Shown: piece after piece, positions 21,264 to 32,268 of the stretch
How the letters are laid out: each line of letters begins with the position of its first letter
Numbering within the stretch: the first letter of the stretch is position 1
DNA from: Pseudomonadota bacterium
GTDB taxonomy: Bacteria; Pseudomonadota; Alphaproteobacteria; Rhizobiales; MH13
Length of the DNA: 64,000 nucleotides
Reading direction: 5' to 3'
NCBI GenBank assembly: GCA_039814945.1
Contig: JBCCAF010000004.1
Span: 258,380 to 322,379, forward strand
The notes under the pieces: model-generated
The model's input: only the letters and a program-made list of their open reading frames with translations
What the model was told of the DNA's origin: nothing
Databases searched by the model: none
Program-made: the position numbers and the translations under genes

Positions 21264-22430
21264 ATGAAACTACTCAACGATACCGATTCCCTGGCGCAGC
21301 TTTGCGCGCGCCTCGCTGACGAGCCCTACATCACCATCGACACCGAGTTTCTTCGTGAGACGACGTTCTGGCCGCAACTGTGTCTGGTTCAGGTGGCGGG
21401 CGTGGAAGAATTTGCTCTTATCGACCCGTTGGCTGAAGGGCTGGACCTTGCACCGCTCTTCACCTTGCTGGCCGATGAAAGCGTGCTGAAAGTGTTCCAT
21501 GCCGGACGGCAGGACATTGAAATCTTTCACTATCTCACCGGTGCCATCCCGCAAAATGTGTTCGATACGCAAATCGCGGCGATGGTGTGCGGCTATGGCG
21601 ATCAGGTTGGTTACGACCAGATTGTGCGGCAGACGGTCGGTGCGACCATCGACAAGAGCCATCGGTTCACCGATTGGTCGCGGCGGCCCCTCAACGATGC
21701 GCAGCTTGCCTACGCGGCAGCCGATGTAACCCATTTGCGCGATGTGTATGAGCATTTGGCGGACATTCTGGACAAGAAAAGCCGAACGGGCTGGGTGGCC
21801 GAAGAAATGGCGACCCTGCTTGCGCCACAAACCTATTCGGTTGATCCAGGCGAGGCTTGGCAGCGGCTAAAACTTCGTGCGCGCAAGCCGATTGAGTTTG
21901 CCGCCCTTAAAGCGGTGGCCAAATGGCGTGAAGAAGTGGCCCAGGCGCGCGATGTGCCCCGGCGGCGCATCCTGAAAGACGACGCTATCTATGAGCTTGC
22001 GCAGCAGCGCCCTTTATCGGTGGAGGCATTGGGCCGTTTGCGCGCTGTGCCACGTGGGTTTGAAAAGCAGCCTTATGCGCGTGGTTTGGTGGAAGCGTTG
22101 CAGGGCGTATCAGCCCTTGCGATTGACGAATTGCCCAAACTGCCAAAATCCAAGCGCAACCCGGAAAGCGCGCCTGCGATTGCTGAGCTTTTGAAGGTGG
22201 CCTTGAAACTTGTTGCTGAGCGCGAAGGCGTTGCGCCACGCATCATCGCCAACGCCGAGGACCTTGAGACCATCGCGATCCATGGCGACACAGATGTGAA
22301 AGCGATGCGCGGTTGGCGGCGTGATTTGTTCGGCGAGATGGCCTTGCAAATTCGCTCTGGCGAGATGGCGCTGGGCGTGCGCGGCAAACGCGCTGTTCTG
22401 GTGCCGATGCTGCCGGAAGACGACGACTAG
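21264..22430 (+). CDS. rnd: Ribonuclease D
   Basis: DTEF exo I motif, [22 protein letters not shown]-terminal HRDC domains. Confidence 0.95.
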   Translation: MKLLNDTDSLAQLCARLADEPYITIDTEFLRETTFWPQLCLVQVAGVEEFALIDPLAEGLDLAPLFTLLADESVLKVFHAGRQDIEIFHYLTGAIPQNVFDTQIAAMVCGYGDQVGYDQIVRQTVGATIDKSHRFTDWSRRPLNDAQLAYAAADVTHLRDVYEHLADILDKKSRTGWVAEEMATLLAPQTYSVDPGEAWQRLKLRARKPIEFAALKAVAKWREEVAQARDVPRRRILKDDAIYELAQQRPLSVEALGRLRAVPRGFEKQPYARGLVEALQGVSALAIDELPKLPKSKRNPESAPAIAELLKVALKLVAEREGVAPRIIANAEDLETIAIHGDTDVKAMRGWRRDLFGEMALQIRSGEMALGVRGKRAVLVPMLPEDDD

Positions 22431-23995
22431 CGAACGGCCACCACAGCTTCGTCTTTGCCAATCAAACGACCAAGCGCATTCAGGCGCTTGGTAAGACGCT
22501 CGCCCTGCAGGCCGGAAAGGTGGCTCGGCAAGAAAAGCGCAAGCCGATCGGGCTCTGAGCCGTCCAACCGGGTTTCCGGCAACACACCTGCCATGGATGC
22601 TGTAAGCGCGTAAGCAACACGAAACAGCGCACCTAAAAGGCGTGCTCGCTCGGCCAAACGTTCTGAGAGAATGTCAGCTTCTGCGTCGCTGAAGGCACCA
22701 TTGGACAGGCCCTGGTGACGATAGTAATTGGCCATCGCCAAATACAACCGACCAGAATGATCAACACCACTAAAGGCGGCGTGAGCAATGATGTTGTGGC
22801 TTTGAATGCCACGATAATCAGGATGCGCACGCCAGCCAATATCGGCAAGCAAGCTGGCGGCTTTGCGAAGCCGCGCCTCACCTTCGGTTTCATCAACCCC
22901 GAGCGCTTCAAACGCAGCGCCGGTCCAATCGGCCAGTTCGCGGGCATGTTGGGGTGAACGCGAGCGCAGAACCGCCAGTTCATAGGCAGCATCCAGCAAG
23001 GGATCGCGCTGTTTTTCAGCCTCTTCAAGATCATCAAACAACAGGCCCTCGCGCACACCAAGAGCAGAAAGCACCACTTGGTTGGGCTTACCGACCTCAA
23101 AGAGTGCGCGCAACACGGCAGCGCCGAAGGGCAGCAGCGCCTTACGGCTGCGCGAAACGGCGCGCATCGCCTCGTGTCCCTCATACTTACCGCGCGCAAC
23201 ATCTTGGCAGAAGTCAGAGAACACATTGGCCTCAACGGCGTACCCATGCATCACCGAAAGTGGATACTGCGTGATTTCCATGTGCAACTTGGCCAGGTTC
23301 CGCCACGTACCACCAACCAGATAAAGGGTTCGATCAGCGAGGCTTGCAGCCGTTTCATCACCGGTGAGCCGTTCCAACGCGAGCTTGTAGGCACGCTTAG
23401 CATCGCCACCCGCCTCTTCCTGTGTGCGGATGACGCCAAGCTTGTGCGAGACGCCTTCGCCAATATGGCCAGGTTTGACTTCCACAAGCTCCAAGCTACC
23501 GCCGCCCAGATCACCAACGATGCCATCTGGCTTGTAGAAACCAGATTGCACGCCGAGTGCGGCGGCACGCGCTTCTTCATCGCCCGATAAAATGGTCAGC
23601 GGCGCTGAGAGAATGCGTTCAGCGTTTTGCATAAACGCATCACCGTTGCTTGCTTCGCGCACGGCAGCCGTTGCGATAACCCGCAGACTCTTGATCTGCA
23701 TCTGATCGGAAAGATGACGAAACCGCGCCAGAGTTGCCAACGTCAGTTGCACCGAGTCGTCAGAAAGCTGGCCGGTTTTGGCCAAGCCGCGACCCAAGCC
23801 GCACAGAACCTTTTCGTTGTACAGCGGGGTAAGCGCGCGAGACAGGCGTTCATATGCCACCAAACGCACCGAGTTGGAGCCGATGTCGATGACGGCTATC
23901 GGGCCATAGCCCCCCAGCCGTCCTTGCCCTTCGCTTGGATCAGGGCGCGCGGCGCGTGAAAAAACGCGGTTGGTTCGCTTGAAGAGATTTTCCAC
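22427..23995 (-). CDS. ppx: Exopolyphosphatase Ppx/GppA (start codon uncertain)
   Basis: [39 protein letters not shown]. Confidence 0.93.
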   Translation of the reverse strand: MENLFKRTNRVFSRAARPDPSEGQGRLGGYGPIAVIDIGSNSVRLVAYERLSRALTPLYNEKVLCGLGRGLAKTGQLSDDSVQLTLATLARFRHLSDQMQIKSLRVIATAAVREASNGDAFMQNAERILSAPLTILSGDEEARAAALGVQSGFYKPDGIVGDLGGGSLELVEVKPGHIGEGVSHKLGVIRTQEEAGGDAKRAYKLALERLTGDETAASLADRTLYLVGGTWRNLAKLHMEITQYPLSVMHGYAVEANVFSDFCQDVARGKYEGHEAMRAVSRSRKALLPFGAAVLRALFEVGKPNQVVLSALGVREGLLFDDLEEAEKQRDPLLDAAYELAVLRSRSPQHARELADWTGAAFEALGVDETEGEARLRKAASLLADIGWRAHPDYRGIQSHNIIAHAAFSGVDHSGRLYLAMANYYRHQGLSNGAFSDAEADILSERLAERARLLGALFRVAYALTASMAGVLPETRLDGSEPDRLALFLPSHLSGLQGERLTKRLNALGRLIGKDEAVVAVR

Positions 23996-26171
23996 GGCCC
24001 GACAGACTCGGATTGGTCATAAAATAACGATGCGCGTTGAACGGTTCTTCGCCCTGCACGGGGTTTACCCGCTTGTGACGTCCGTCGGCCAACAGCTCCC
24101 AGCTTTGCTGGTTGTCTTTCAAACTTGCAACCATGATTTGGTCGAGTATCTGCGTATGAACGGTTTCGTTGTGGATGGGCACCATCGCTTCGACCCGTCG
24201 ATCCAAATTGCGCGGCATCAGATCGGCTGAGCCCATGTAGATGATCGCCTCTTCGCTGGGCAAACCAGCTCCGTTGCCAAAGCAGACAATGCGCGAGTGC
24301 TCCAAGAAGCGGCCAACAATCGACTTCACCTCAATGTTGTCTGACAGGCCAGGAACGCCCGGCCGCAGGCAACAGATGCCGCGAATGATGAGGTTCACCT
24401 TCACACCCGCTTGGCTCGCTTCATAAAGCGCATCGATGAGCTGGGCGTCGACCAGCGAATTCATCTTGATCCATATCGCCGCCGGACGGTCGTTGCGGGC
24501 ATGCTCGATTTCGGCACGGATGTGGTCCAATAGGCGCTGGCGCATGCGGGTCGGCGAAACCACCATCCGGTCCAGCTCAGCCGGTTCGGCGTAGCCGGTG
24601 ATGAAATTGAAGATGCGCGCCACATCGCGAGCAATCACCTGATCAGCGGTGAAGAAGGACAAATCGGTATAAATCTTGGCCGTGATCGGGTGATAATTAC
24701 CAGTGCCGATGTGGCAGAAGCTCATCAGATTGCCTGCCTCGCGGCGCACAACCAGGGAAAGCTTGGCGTGGGTTTTAAGCTCCAAGAACCCGAAGACGAC
24801 CTGCACGCCTGCGCGTTCCAGATCACGCGCCCAGCGGATGTTGGCCTCTTCATCAAAGCGTGCTTTGAGCTCCACCAAAGCGGTAACGGATTTGCCAGCT
24901 TCAGCCGCCTCTATCAGAGCCCGCACAATGGGAGAGTTGTTGGAGGTGCGGTAAAGCGTTTGCTTGATGGCAACGACATCGGGGTCGGAGGCTGCCTGGC
25001 GCAAAAACTGCACCACCGCATCGAAGCTTTCGTAGGGGTGATGGACCACCAAATCCTTCTGGCGGATCGCGGCAAAACAATCCCCGCCATGCTCACGGAT
25101 ACGCTCTGGGAAGCGCGGTGTGTAAGGAATAAATTTGAGATCATCGCGGTCGATATCGACCAGCTCAGACAGCTCGTTTAGCGCCAATGCGCCCTCAACC
25201 TTGAAGACCTCATTGTCCTCGACATCCAGTTCCTTGGCGACGAGTTCAAGCAGCGAATGCGGCGTCGTTGCCTCGATTTCCAAGCGGATCACAGAACCAC
25301 GGCGACGGCGCTTCAGAGCGCTCTCAAACAAGCGTACCAGGTCTTCAGCTTCTTCTTCGATCTCAAGATCAGAATCGCGAATAACCCGGAATGCGCCTGT
25401 GCCGGTGACTTTGTAGCCGGGGAACAGACGCGAGATGAACATACGCACCACCTGCTCCAGCATGATGGTGCGGTGGCCGGTGCCTGCTTCATCAAAGCGC
25501 GGCAGCTTTACAAAGCGCGCAATCTTGGACGGCACGCGGATCAGCGCGGTCATCGCATCATTGGCGCTGGTGGTTTTGCTTTCGCTCTCTTGGATCCGCT
25601 CCAATTGAAGGGCGATGGAGAAGCCAAGGTTTGGGATGAACGGGAAAGGATGCGCCGGATCCACAGCCAGTGGCGTCAGCACAGGGAAGACGTGGCTTAA
25701 GAAATAGCCGTCGAGCCAATCACGTTCACGCGGGTCAAGGTCATCTGGCTCAATGATGGTGATACCGGCATCAGAAAGTTCAGAGCGCAATCCATTGAAG
25801 GCTTGCTGCTGGTGACGCGCCAGATCAGCAACCTCTTCACCAATCGCTTCGAGCTGCTCGGCAGGGGTCAGCCCATCATCGGAGCGTTTGGTGATGTTCT
25901 CGTTGACCTGACCGACAAGACCGGCCACGCGCACCATGAAAAACTCATCCAAGTTGTTGGCTGAGATCGACAGGAACCGCAGGCGCTCAAGCAGCGGGTG
26001 GCGCGTGTTATCCGCCTCCTCAAGCACACGCCGATTGAACCCGAGCCACGACAATTCTCGATTGATGAACCGCTCCGGCGAGGCCATCAGATGATCGTAG
26101 ATGGGCGTGTCGTCGTTGGCGCTGATGTTTTCAGCTTCGGTCGTGGCAACTGAGTTTGTCGGTTCGGTCAT
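23940..26171 (-). CDS. ppk1: Polyphosphate kinase 1
   Basis: [37 protein letters not shown] (phospho-His), [24 protein letters not shown]. Confidence 0.96.
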   Translation of the reverse strand: MTEPTNSVATTEAENISANDDTPIYDHLMASPERFINRELSWLGFNRRVLEEADNTRHPLLERLRFLSISANNLDEFFMVRVAGLVGQVNENITKRSDDGLTPAEQLEAIGEEVADLARHQQQAFNGLRSELSDAGITIIEPDDLDPRERDWLDGYFLSHVFPVLTPLAVDPAHPFPFIPNLGFSIALQLERIQESESKTTSANDAMTALIRVPSKIARFVKLPRFDEAGTGHRTIMLEQVVRMFISRLFPGYKVTGTGAFRVIRDSDLEIEEEAEDLVRLFESALKRRRRGSVIRLEIEATTPHSLLELVAKELDVEDNEVFKVEGALALNELSELVDIDRDDLKFIPYTPRFPERIREHGGDCFAAIRQKDLVVHHPYESFDAVVQFLRQAASDPDVVAIKQTLYRTSNNSPIVRALIEAAEAGKSVTALVELKARFDEEANIRWARDLERAGVQVVFGFLELKTHAKLSLVVRREAGNLMSFCHIGTGNYHPITAKIYTDLSFFTADQVIARDVARIFNFITGYAEPAELDRMVVSPTRMRQRLLDHIRAEIEHARNDRPAAIWIKMNSLVDAQLIDALYEASQAGVKVNLIIRGICCLRPGVPGLSDNIEVKSIVGRFLEHSRIVCFGNGAGLPSEEAIIYMGSADLMPRNLDRRVEAMVPIHNETVHTQILDQIMVASLKDNQQSWELLADGRHKRVNPVQGEEPFNAHRYFMTNPSLSGRGKSLQANQPRFFTRRAP

Positions 26172-26189
26172 CGGTGTCCTGTTGGTTCC

Positions 26190-26879
26190 TTATCCTGATG
26201 GGGTAGATGAGTTCTGTGACAGTTCATAGGCGGCCAGCACTTCGCGGGCCAGCGGCTTGGTGATGGAGCGCCCGGCAGCAAGCGAACGTTCATCGATCAG
26301 CGCGATGAGCTTGGAGAGATTGGCATAGGATCGCTCCATGCGTTGCAGAAGATAATCGGCAATTGCCGGATCAACCATGAGCTGGCGATCCGTGAAAAGT
26401 TTCACGGCGATGGCCAAAAACAGAGCATCATCAGGCTGGCCAACCGTGGCACGCGACCCAGCACGAAGGCGCGACACGGTGTCGGGTCGTTTCAAGCCTA
26501 GATTCTCCGGAGCTTCGCGGCTGGTCACCAGCACAGGCATCTGCGCAGCACGCGCGGCTTCCAGTGTGTGAAACAGCGCATCTTCATTTTCGCCCGTCCA
26601 ACGCTCCAAGCCATCGATGATGACACCAGTGTGGGTATCAAGGTCGGCAGGCACTGAACCGTCAAACCAGCGAACCACCTCGAAACGCTCGGCAAACAGA
26701 TGCGCCAAATGGCTCTTGCCTGACCCAGCCTCACCAAGCAGCACACCAATTGGTGTTGGCCATGCAAGCTTAGACGTTAGCGCACGCGCCTCGGCATTGG
26801 CCTCACCCGGCACATAGTCCTCGCTGGCAAACGAAGGTGCAGGAACAATATCCAGAACCAGTTGATCGGCTGTTGCCAT
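26190..26879 (-). CDS. hdaA: DnaA regulatory inactivator HdaA (Hda homolog)
   Basis: QL-LD-like clamp motif at N-terminus (DQLVLD), GEAGSGKSHLA Walker A, PDTVSRL, RMERS; TGATG coupling to the upstream gene. Confidence 0.85.
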   Translation of the reverse strand: MATADQLVLDIVPAPSFASEDYVPGEANAEARALTSKLAWPTPIGVLLGEAGSGKSHLAHLFAERFEVVRWFDGSVPADLDTHTGVIIDGLERWTGENEDALFHTLEAARAAQMPVLVTSREAPENLGLKRPDTVSRLRAGSRATVGQPDDALFLAIAVKLFTDRQLMVDPAIADYLLQRMERSYANLSKLIALIDERSLAAGRSITKPLAREVLAAYELSQNSSTPSG

Positions 26880-28054
26880 CACCCGCTCTCGTCTGACGAG
26901 GCCGAACGGCCGTTCAGGCCCTTGTAGAAAACGCTCTGCTGATAGTGGGCCACACCAAACCGGGTGAGAACGCCCAGCGAGGCTGCGACCGGTACAGCGA
27001 TCAGCAGGCCGAGGAAGCCGTACAGCGACCCAAAGGCCAGCATGGCAAAAAACAGCACAACCGGGTGCAAACCAACGGCATCGCCGACGATCTTGGGCTG
27101 AAGAAAGTTGCCTTCCACAAACTGGCCGAAGACGAAGATGCCCGCCACGACCACGATCCACAGCGGCTCTGACCAGAACTGCACCATCGCCACCCCGACG
27201 GATGTGCCGAAACCAACAATCGATCCGATGTAGGGGATAAAGCTCAGCAACCCGGCGCCCAGACCAATCAACAGGCCGAAGTTGAGGCCAACAAGTGTCA
27301 GCGCGGTGGCATAAAACGTACCAAGAATGACCGCCAAAATGAACTGGCCGCGGATAAACCCAGCCATGACATTATCGATCTTCTTAGCAAGATCGCGGAT
27401 CGTGTCGGCGTGGTCGCGCGGAAGCAGTCCGTCGACACGGGCTACCAGATTGTCCCAATCGTAGAGCATGTAGACAGCCACGATAGGTGTGATGATGAGC
27501 GTGGACAGCACGCCAACAACAGCCGCACCCTGATCAAGAACCCGGCTGGCAAGCGCTGCCATTGTGCCCGCATTGGCTTCAATAAAATCGCGGATCAGAT
27601 CTAGGTTGAGGGTTCCAAGCCAACTCATGATGGCATCGAACGTCATCTCGGAGGGGAAAAACGATTGGCGTGTGACCAAGTCCTGCTCGCTTGCGGGCGC
27701 CATAATCGCATTGATCGCCTGGAAGTCCTCGTCCGCTAAACCGAAGATGGTGCGTAGCGTTTCGGGAATGAACGGCCGCAGCGCTTCAATCAGACCGATT
27801 GTCTGCTCAATCAGCAACGGCACCAGCAGAAGCAGGCCAACGACCACGATGACAAGGGCCAACGCGGTTATGGACAATGTCGCCCAAAGCCTTGAAAAGC
27901 CGCGCCGCTCAAACCAATCGGCTGCCGGATCAAGCAGATAGGCAATCGCCATGCCTGCCACGAAGGGCAGAAGGATGCTGGAGAAGACATAAATGAACGC
28001 GATCAGCGCCGCTGCCGCGAGGGCCCAGAAAATTGCCTGCCGTTGAATGGTCAT
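26879..28054 (-). CDS. AI-2E (PerM-like) family transporter
   Basis: ILLPFVAGMAIAYLLDP, FIRGQ, SFIPYIGS, QFVEGNFLQPKIVG, GLHPV. Confidence 0.92.
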   Translation of the reverse strand: MTIQRQAIFWALAAAALIAFIYVFSSILLPFVAGMAIAYLLDPAADWFERRGFSRLWATLSITALALVIVVVGLLLLVPLLIEQTIGLIEALRPFIPETLRTIFGLADEDFQAINAIMAPASEQDLVTRQSFFPSEMTFDAIMSWLGTLNLDLIRDFIEANAGTMAALASRVLDQGAAVVGVLSTLIITPIVAVYMLYDWDNLVARVDGLLPRDHADTIRDLAKKIDNVMAGFIRGQFILAVILGTFYATALTLVGLNFGLLIGLGAGLLSFIPYIGSIVGFGTSVGVAMVQFWSEPLWIVVVAGIFVFGQFVEGNFLQPKIVGDAVGLHPVVLFFAMLAFGSLYGFLGLLIAVPVAASLGVLTRFGVAHYQQSVFYKGLNGRSASSDESG

Positions 28055-28211
28055 AGATGATGCGTGCTCATGTATTGGGCTGATTGGTTCGGTGTGATTG
28101 CAGACATAAGACCTCTGGTCCACAGGTTCCAGACGTACAGTGCTTGTTTTGCCAGTTGTTTTCGCGCCTGGAATACGGCACCCAGTGGCCAAAGCTGAAA
28201 GAGGAATGCTT

Positions 28212-29267
28212 ATGAGCGGGTCGGACGCGTACAAAGCGGCAGGCGTTGATACTGATGCGGGGGCTGCGCTGGTTGAGCGCATCAAGCCTGCGGTTCGCTC
28301 CACACGGCGCCCGGGAGCGGATGCTGACCTAGGCGGTTTTGGCGGACTGTTTGACCTCGCCGCCTGCGGCTATCGCGATCCGGTTCTGGTGGCCGCCAAT
28401 GATGGCGTTGGCACCAAGGTGAAAATCGCCATTGAAAGCGGCATTCATAACACGGTCGGCATCGATCTGGTGGCCATGTGCGTGAACGATCTGGTTGTTC
28501 AGGGCGCGGAGCCACTGTTTTTTCTCGATTATTTCGCCTCCGGCGCGCTCGATGTGGATGTGGCGGCAAAGGTGGTCGAGAGCATTGCGGAAGGCTGCAA
28601 GCTTGCCGGGTGCGCATTGATCGGCGGGGAAACCGCTGAGATGCCCTCCCTCTATACGGGGAAGGACTATGATCTGGCTGGCTTCAGCGTCGGCGCTGTG
28701 GAGCGCGATGGAATCCTGCCGCGCAAGACCATCGCAGCGGGCGATATTGTGCTGGGTCTTGCCTCATCCGGTTTCCATTCCAACGGCTATTCTCTGATCC
28801 GAAAGATCGTTGCGGATGCCGGCCTGCCCTACGATGCCGCCGCCCCCTTCGATACCATCAGATCATTGGGCGATGTGTTGCTCACACCAACGCGCATTTA
28901 TGTGAAAAGCCTGCTCGCAGCGCAGCGTGAAACCTGCGCCATCAAAGGTTTGGCGCATATCACCGGCGGTGGGCTGCTAGAAAATATTCCGCGTGTTTTG
29001 CCTGATGATTTGGCCGTTTCTCTTGATCTATCAGACGTTAGCGTGCCGCCAGAGATGGTCTGGGCGGCGCATACGGCCAGCCTTTCTGCCCATGACATGC
29101 TTGCCACGTTTAACTGCGGCGTCGGCATGATTGTGATCGTGGCAGCAGAGGATACCAGCGCCGTTTCAGCGAAACTCTCTGGGATGGGCGAGAGCGTTCT
29201 GGCTCTCGGCGCAGTGACCTCACGAACCGACGCACCTGTGACTATCGAGAAACCCCTGCCTCTATGA
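28212..29267 (+). CDS. purM: Phosphoribosylformylglycinamidine cyclo-ligase
   Basis: [51 protein letters not shown]. Confidence 0.96.
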   Translation: MSGSDAYKAAGVDTDAGAALVERIKPAVRSTRRPGADADLGGFGGLFDLAACGYRDPVLVAANDGVGTKVKIAIESGIHNTVGIDLVAMCVNDLVVQGAEPLFFLDYFASGALDVDVAAKVVESIAEGCKLAGCALIGGETAEMPSLYTGKDYDLAGFSVGAVERDGILPRKTIAAGDIVLGLASSGFHSNGYSLIRKIVADAGLPYDAAAPFDTIRSLGDVLLTPTRIYVKSLLAAQRETCAIKGLAHITGGGLLENIPRVLPDDLAVSLDLSDVSVPPEMVWAAHTASLSAHDMLATFNCGVGMIVIVAAEDTSAVSAKLSGMGESVLALGAVTSRTDAPVTIEKPLPL

Positions 29268-29893
29268 AACGGCGTGTCGCCATTATGATTTCCGGGCGCG
29301 GCTCCAACATGCAGGCGCTTGTTGAGGCCGCCAAAGCGCCTGACTATCCCGCAGAAATCGTTCTTGTCCTCGCCAACCGGCCCGATGCAGCCGGACTGGA
29401 TTGGGCAGAGGGCTTAGGCATCGCAACCGCCATTGTCGATCACAAACGTTTCAAGAAGGATCGCCAAGCTTTCGAGCAAGCCATCCAGCTTGAGCTAGAC
29501 AAAGTGCGCGTCGAACTCGTCTGCCTGGCCGGTTTCATGCGGCTGCTGACGTCTTGGTTTATCGACCAATGGCACAACCGTCTGATCAACATCCACCCAT
29601 CGCTTTTGCCCTCGTTCAAAGGTCTTGATACCCACGCGCGGGCGCTGGAAGCTGGGGTGAAGCTTCATGGCTGCACTGTGCATTTCGTGCGTCCAGACAT
29701 GGATGCCGGGCCCATCATCGCCCAAAAAGCCGTACCGGTGATGGACGATGATGACCCCGACAGTTTGGCAGAGCGCGTCCTGGCGGAGGAACACGCGCTC
29801 TACCCGCACGCGCTGGCTGAGATAGTCCGGGGACTAGAGGGCAATCTGACAATCAAAGATGAGCGCGTGATTGGGATCCTTCCTATCGAATAG
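29264..29893 (+). CDS. purN: Phosphoribosylglycinamide formyltransferase
   Basis: [38 protein letters not shown]. Confidence 0.96.
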   Translation: MKRRVAIMISGRGSNMQALVEAAKAPDYPAEIVLVLANRPDAAGLDWAEGLGIATAIVDHKRFKKDRQAFEQAIQLELDKVRVELVCLAGFMRLLTSWFIDQWHNRLINIHPSLLPSFKGLDTHARALEAGVKLHGCTVHFVRPDMDAGPIIAQKAVPVMDDDDPDSLAERVLAEEHALYPHALAEIVRGLEGNLTIKDERVIGILPIE

Positions 29894-30935
29894 GAGGATG
29901 CTCGCGCGGTGGCCGGCGCAATCCGCCCCCTTCCCCATCCGGACGACGGCGTGGCTGCTGGGCAGAACCAGAGCGCGCATTCTGTTTAGAGAAGCTATCA
30001 TCGGGCGTTCCGGCAAAGCAGCGTGGCACAAACGGAAATGCGTCGGTGATCACATAGTGATAGGTGCCTTCGGGATATTCCGGCGTAACCCCAATGCGGC
30101 CATTGCAGGCATCCAGCGTACCCGTGCCTGGCACATACTCCCAATCAGCGGTGAAAGTGCCATCATAAGCCCCACCAGGCCCAGATGAGCGTGTACCAGG
30201 GCGCAGCGCGTAGCTTGAGGTCATCTCCTCAAGGCCAGATAAAGGGTCATCGGAGTCGGCATAGCCGAGCGGCCCGTAAATCGGGAAGCCATCGGCGGCA
30301 TAGCCAATCAGGGTCGGTGCGCCAGCGCTTGCCAACCGGTCGTAAAGGCCATCAGGGATGCCATGATAGTGGTAGGCGCCGTTGGGCTGCACATGGGCGT
30401 TGTTTGAGTCCAGACCCAGCGAGCGGGTCTGCGGTCCAAAGGCTTCATAATTCCAGCCTGAGGAGCGGTCATTGTTCCAAAATTCCGCCGTAGCGGGGTC
30501 GAAGATCACGCCGTTCAGAGCGACACCGAACACATAGCGATCGCCACTGGTTGGTGAACCGCCGGTGCTTGGATTGGTTGGCATATCAAAGCGGTAGCTT
30601 TGGGTGGATATGCTGTTGGGATTGTTGGTATTGGGAAACTGACCCGGCGCGTGGTCTGGCAAGCCGTCGGCAACAATGGTGCGCACAGCGCCGTTGGATG
30701 AGATCGAGATGTTGGCTGCGGCCTCGACTGAACCAAGCAGCAACTCTGCCAGAAGCTCGTCCAACCAACTCGTGTCTTCTTCTACCAGCGCTTGGCCCGT
30801 GGCAGCTACCTCTTCATCATGGGTGCCGTGGGCAAACACATCGCTTGGCAAGGCGGTGGTCGCGAGCAGCACGGCGACCATGGAGGCCATACCAAGGCGT
30901 TTGAGTAAGACATTCTTGGGGTGGGTATCTGTCAT
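29883..30935 (-). CDS. Secreted YHYH-domain protein
   Basis: Signal peptide followed by AHGTH; GVALNGV, NNAHVQPNGAYHYHG, IGYAADGFPIYGP, LDACNGR, YHYVIT. Confidence 0.88.
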   Translation of the reverse strand: MTDTHPKNVLLKRLGMASMVAVLLATTALPSDVFAHGTHDEEVAATGQALVEEDTSWLDELLAELLLGSVEAAANISISSNGAVRTIVADGLPDHAPGQFPNTNNPNSISTQSYRFDMPTNPSTGGSPTSGDRYVFGVALNGVIFDPATAEFWNNDRSSGWNYEAFGPQTRSLGLDSNNAHVQPNGAYHYHGIPDGLYDRLASAGAPTLIGYAADGFPIYGPLGYADSDDPLSGLEEMTSSYALRPGTRSSGPGGAYDGTFTADWEYVPGTGTLDACNGRIGVTPEYPEGTYHYVITDAFPFVPRCFAGTPDDSFSKQNARSGSAQQPRRRPDGEGGGLRRPPREHPPIR

Positions 30936-31161
30936 AACGTTCGCCCTTTTTATCGGCTCGCTCACGGGTTTGTGAGCACACCGTGAACGTGAGCGAGACG
31001 CAGGCTTTGCACCAGTTAAGGCTGCGTCATGTTCCCAGTTTGTCCGTTACAAGTGCGTCATGACATTTTGGACAGGTTTGGGCGTGGAGATGCTTGGGTT
31101 GGAAGAGAGGTCTTGCGGTCGAGGAGGTGAGCAATGAGCGGCTTGGAGCCAAAATTGACTG

Positions 31162-31575
31162 TCATGCGGTCTTGAAAAACTGCTCAGGATCGCCGTCGTC
31201 GAGGCCGCTTAGTTCACCACAATAGCGCCAACCCGCCTTTGTGAGCAACTTGTGCATCGCGGAATTCGAGCGGTTGGTGGACGTCCAAACCTCTGGGAAC
31301 ATGCGTGAATTGTGCAAAAGCAAGCCCGCCCCAAGGCCCAGTCTCCTCGAATCGGCAGTGACGATGAGCAGCGAAATGAACGGCTTTTCAAAGAAGTAAT
31401 TGTGGTCAAGGCAGCAGAAGGCCTGGATCCCATTTTGCAACACGGCCACGCTCAGGCCACCGCTTTCGGCCACTGACGTGATGTAGTCGGCCCTTTCTTT
31501 CGAACCCATGTGAGCTTCGTCTATTGCGACCGCGCTGGCGATCTCATTTGGCGCAAACGTTTTCCTGGTCTCCAA
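31162..31575 (-). CDS. GNAT-family N-acetyltransferase
   Basis: AAGGAGG 5 nt before TTG 31575; FISLLIV...RRLGLGAGLL, STNRSNSAMHKLL..GW..CG...LDDGDPE. Confidence 0.78.
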   Translation of the reverse strand: METRKTFAPNEIASAVAIDEAHMGSKERADYITSVAESGGLSVAVLQNGIQAFCCLDHNYFFEKPFISLLIVTADSRRLGLGAGLLLHNSRMFPEVWTSTNRSNSAMHKLLTKAGWRYCGELSGLDDGDPEQFFKTA

Positions 31576-31676
31576 GGTGGCCTCCTTAAAACCGGCAAGG
31601 CTCTGACAGTAACGTGTGTCATCGCCAATGCCAGGTTCATCCGCACAATTGCTGCTGAACAAACTTTGAAGGCAAC

Positions 31677-31711
31677 AAAAAGGGCGGCCACCGATAGGTC
31701 AAACCGCCCTT
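31677..31711 (-). terminator. Probable intrinsic terminator downstream of ndk
   Basis: 8-bp IR AAGGGCGG/CCGCCCTT followed by a T-run on the minus strand. Confidence 0.65.
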
Positions 31712-31734
31712 CAAACTGTTAGTATCGTTCGGCT

Positions 31735-32157
31735 TTAGCCAACGATTTCCAGCTCAGAGAACCAGTAGGCGATCTCTTCAGCTGCTGTTTCAGCGGCGTC
31801 GGAGCCGTGTACCGAGTTCTCACCAATCGACAGCGCGAACTCTTTGCGGATGGTGCCTTCATCGGCGTCTTCAGGGTTGGTGGCACCCATCACTTCGCGG
31901 TTGCGCAGAACAGCGTTTTCGCCTTCGAGCACCTGAACCACCGTTGGCGCAGACGACATGAAATCGACCAGTTCATCAAAGAAAGGGCGCTCGCGGTGCA
32001 CGGCGTAAAAGCCTTCAGCGTCTTTGCGGCTCATCCACACGCGCTTGGCGGCGACGACGCGCAGGCCAGCGGCTTCAAGTTTGGCGGTGATCTGACCGGT
32101 CAGATTGCGGCGCGTCGCGTCCGGCTTGATCATGGAGAATGTGCGTTCGATGGCCAT
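31735..32157 (-). CDS. ndk: Nucleoside-diphosphate kinase
   Basis: [32 protein letters not shown]. Confidence 0.97.
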   Translation of the reverse strand: MAIERTFSMIKPDATRRNLTGQITAKLEAAGLRVVAAKRVWMSRKDAEGFYAVHRERPFFDELVDFMSSAPTVVQVLEGENAVLRNREVMGATNPEDADEGTIRKEFALSIGENSVHGSDAAETAAEEIAYWFSELEIVG

Positions 32158-32268
32158 TGCGGCGATCCTATCTTGTATTGGGGGTGAAACTAGAAACCCG
32201 CGTGCACAAACCAGACGACCCCAGCGGCACAGCGAGTGCGCGGGCTATAGCCGCTGCGCTCCCCTGCA

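Noticed and set aside
28116-28124. DnaA box upstream of the AI-2E/hdaA operon (TGGTCCACA)
   Set aside because: Two mismatches to consensus; too weak to call without conservation data.
31576-31662. Extended N-terminus of the GNAT gene
   Set aside because: A strong AAGGAGG precedes TTG 31575, so the upstream codons are not needed.
29883-31662. YHYH-GNAT segment as a mobile element or island
   Set aside because: No transposase, integrase, terminal repeats or target-site duplication are visible; treated as accessory genes only.
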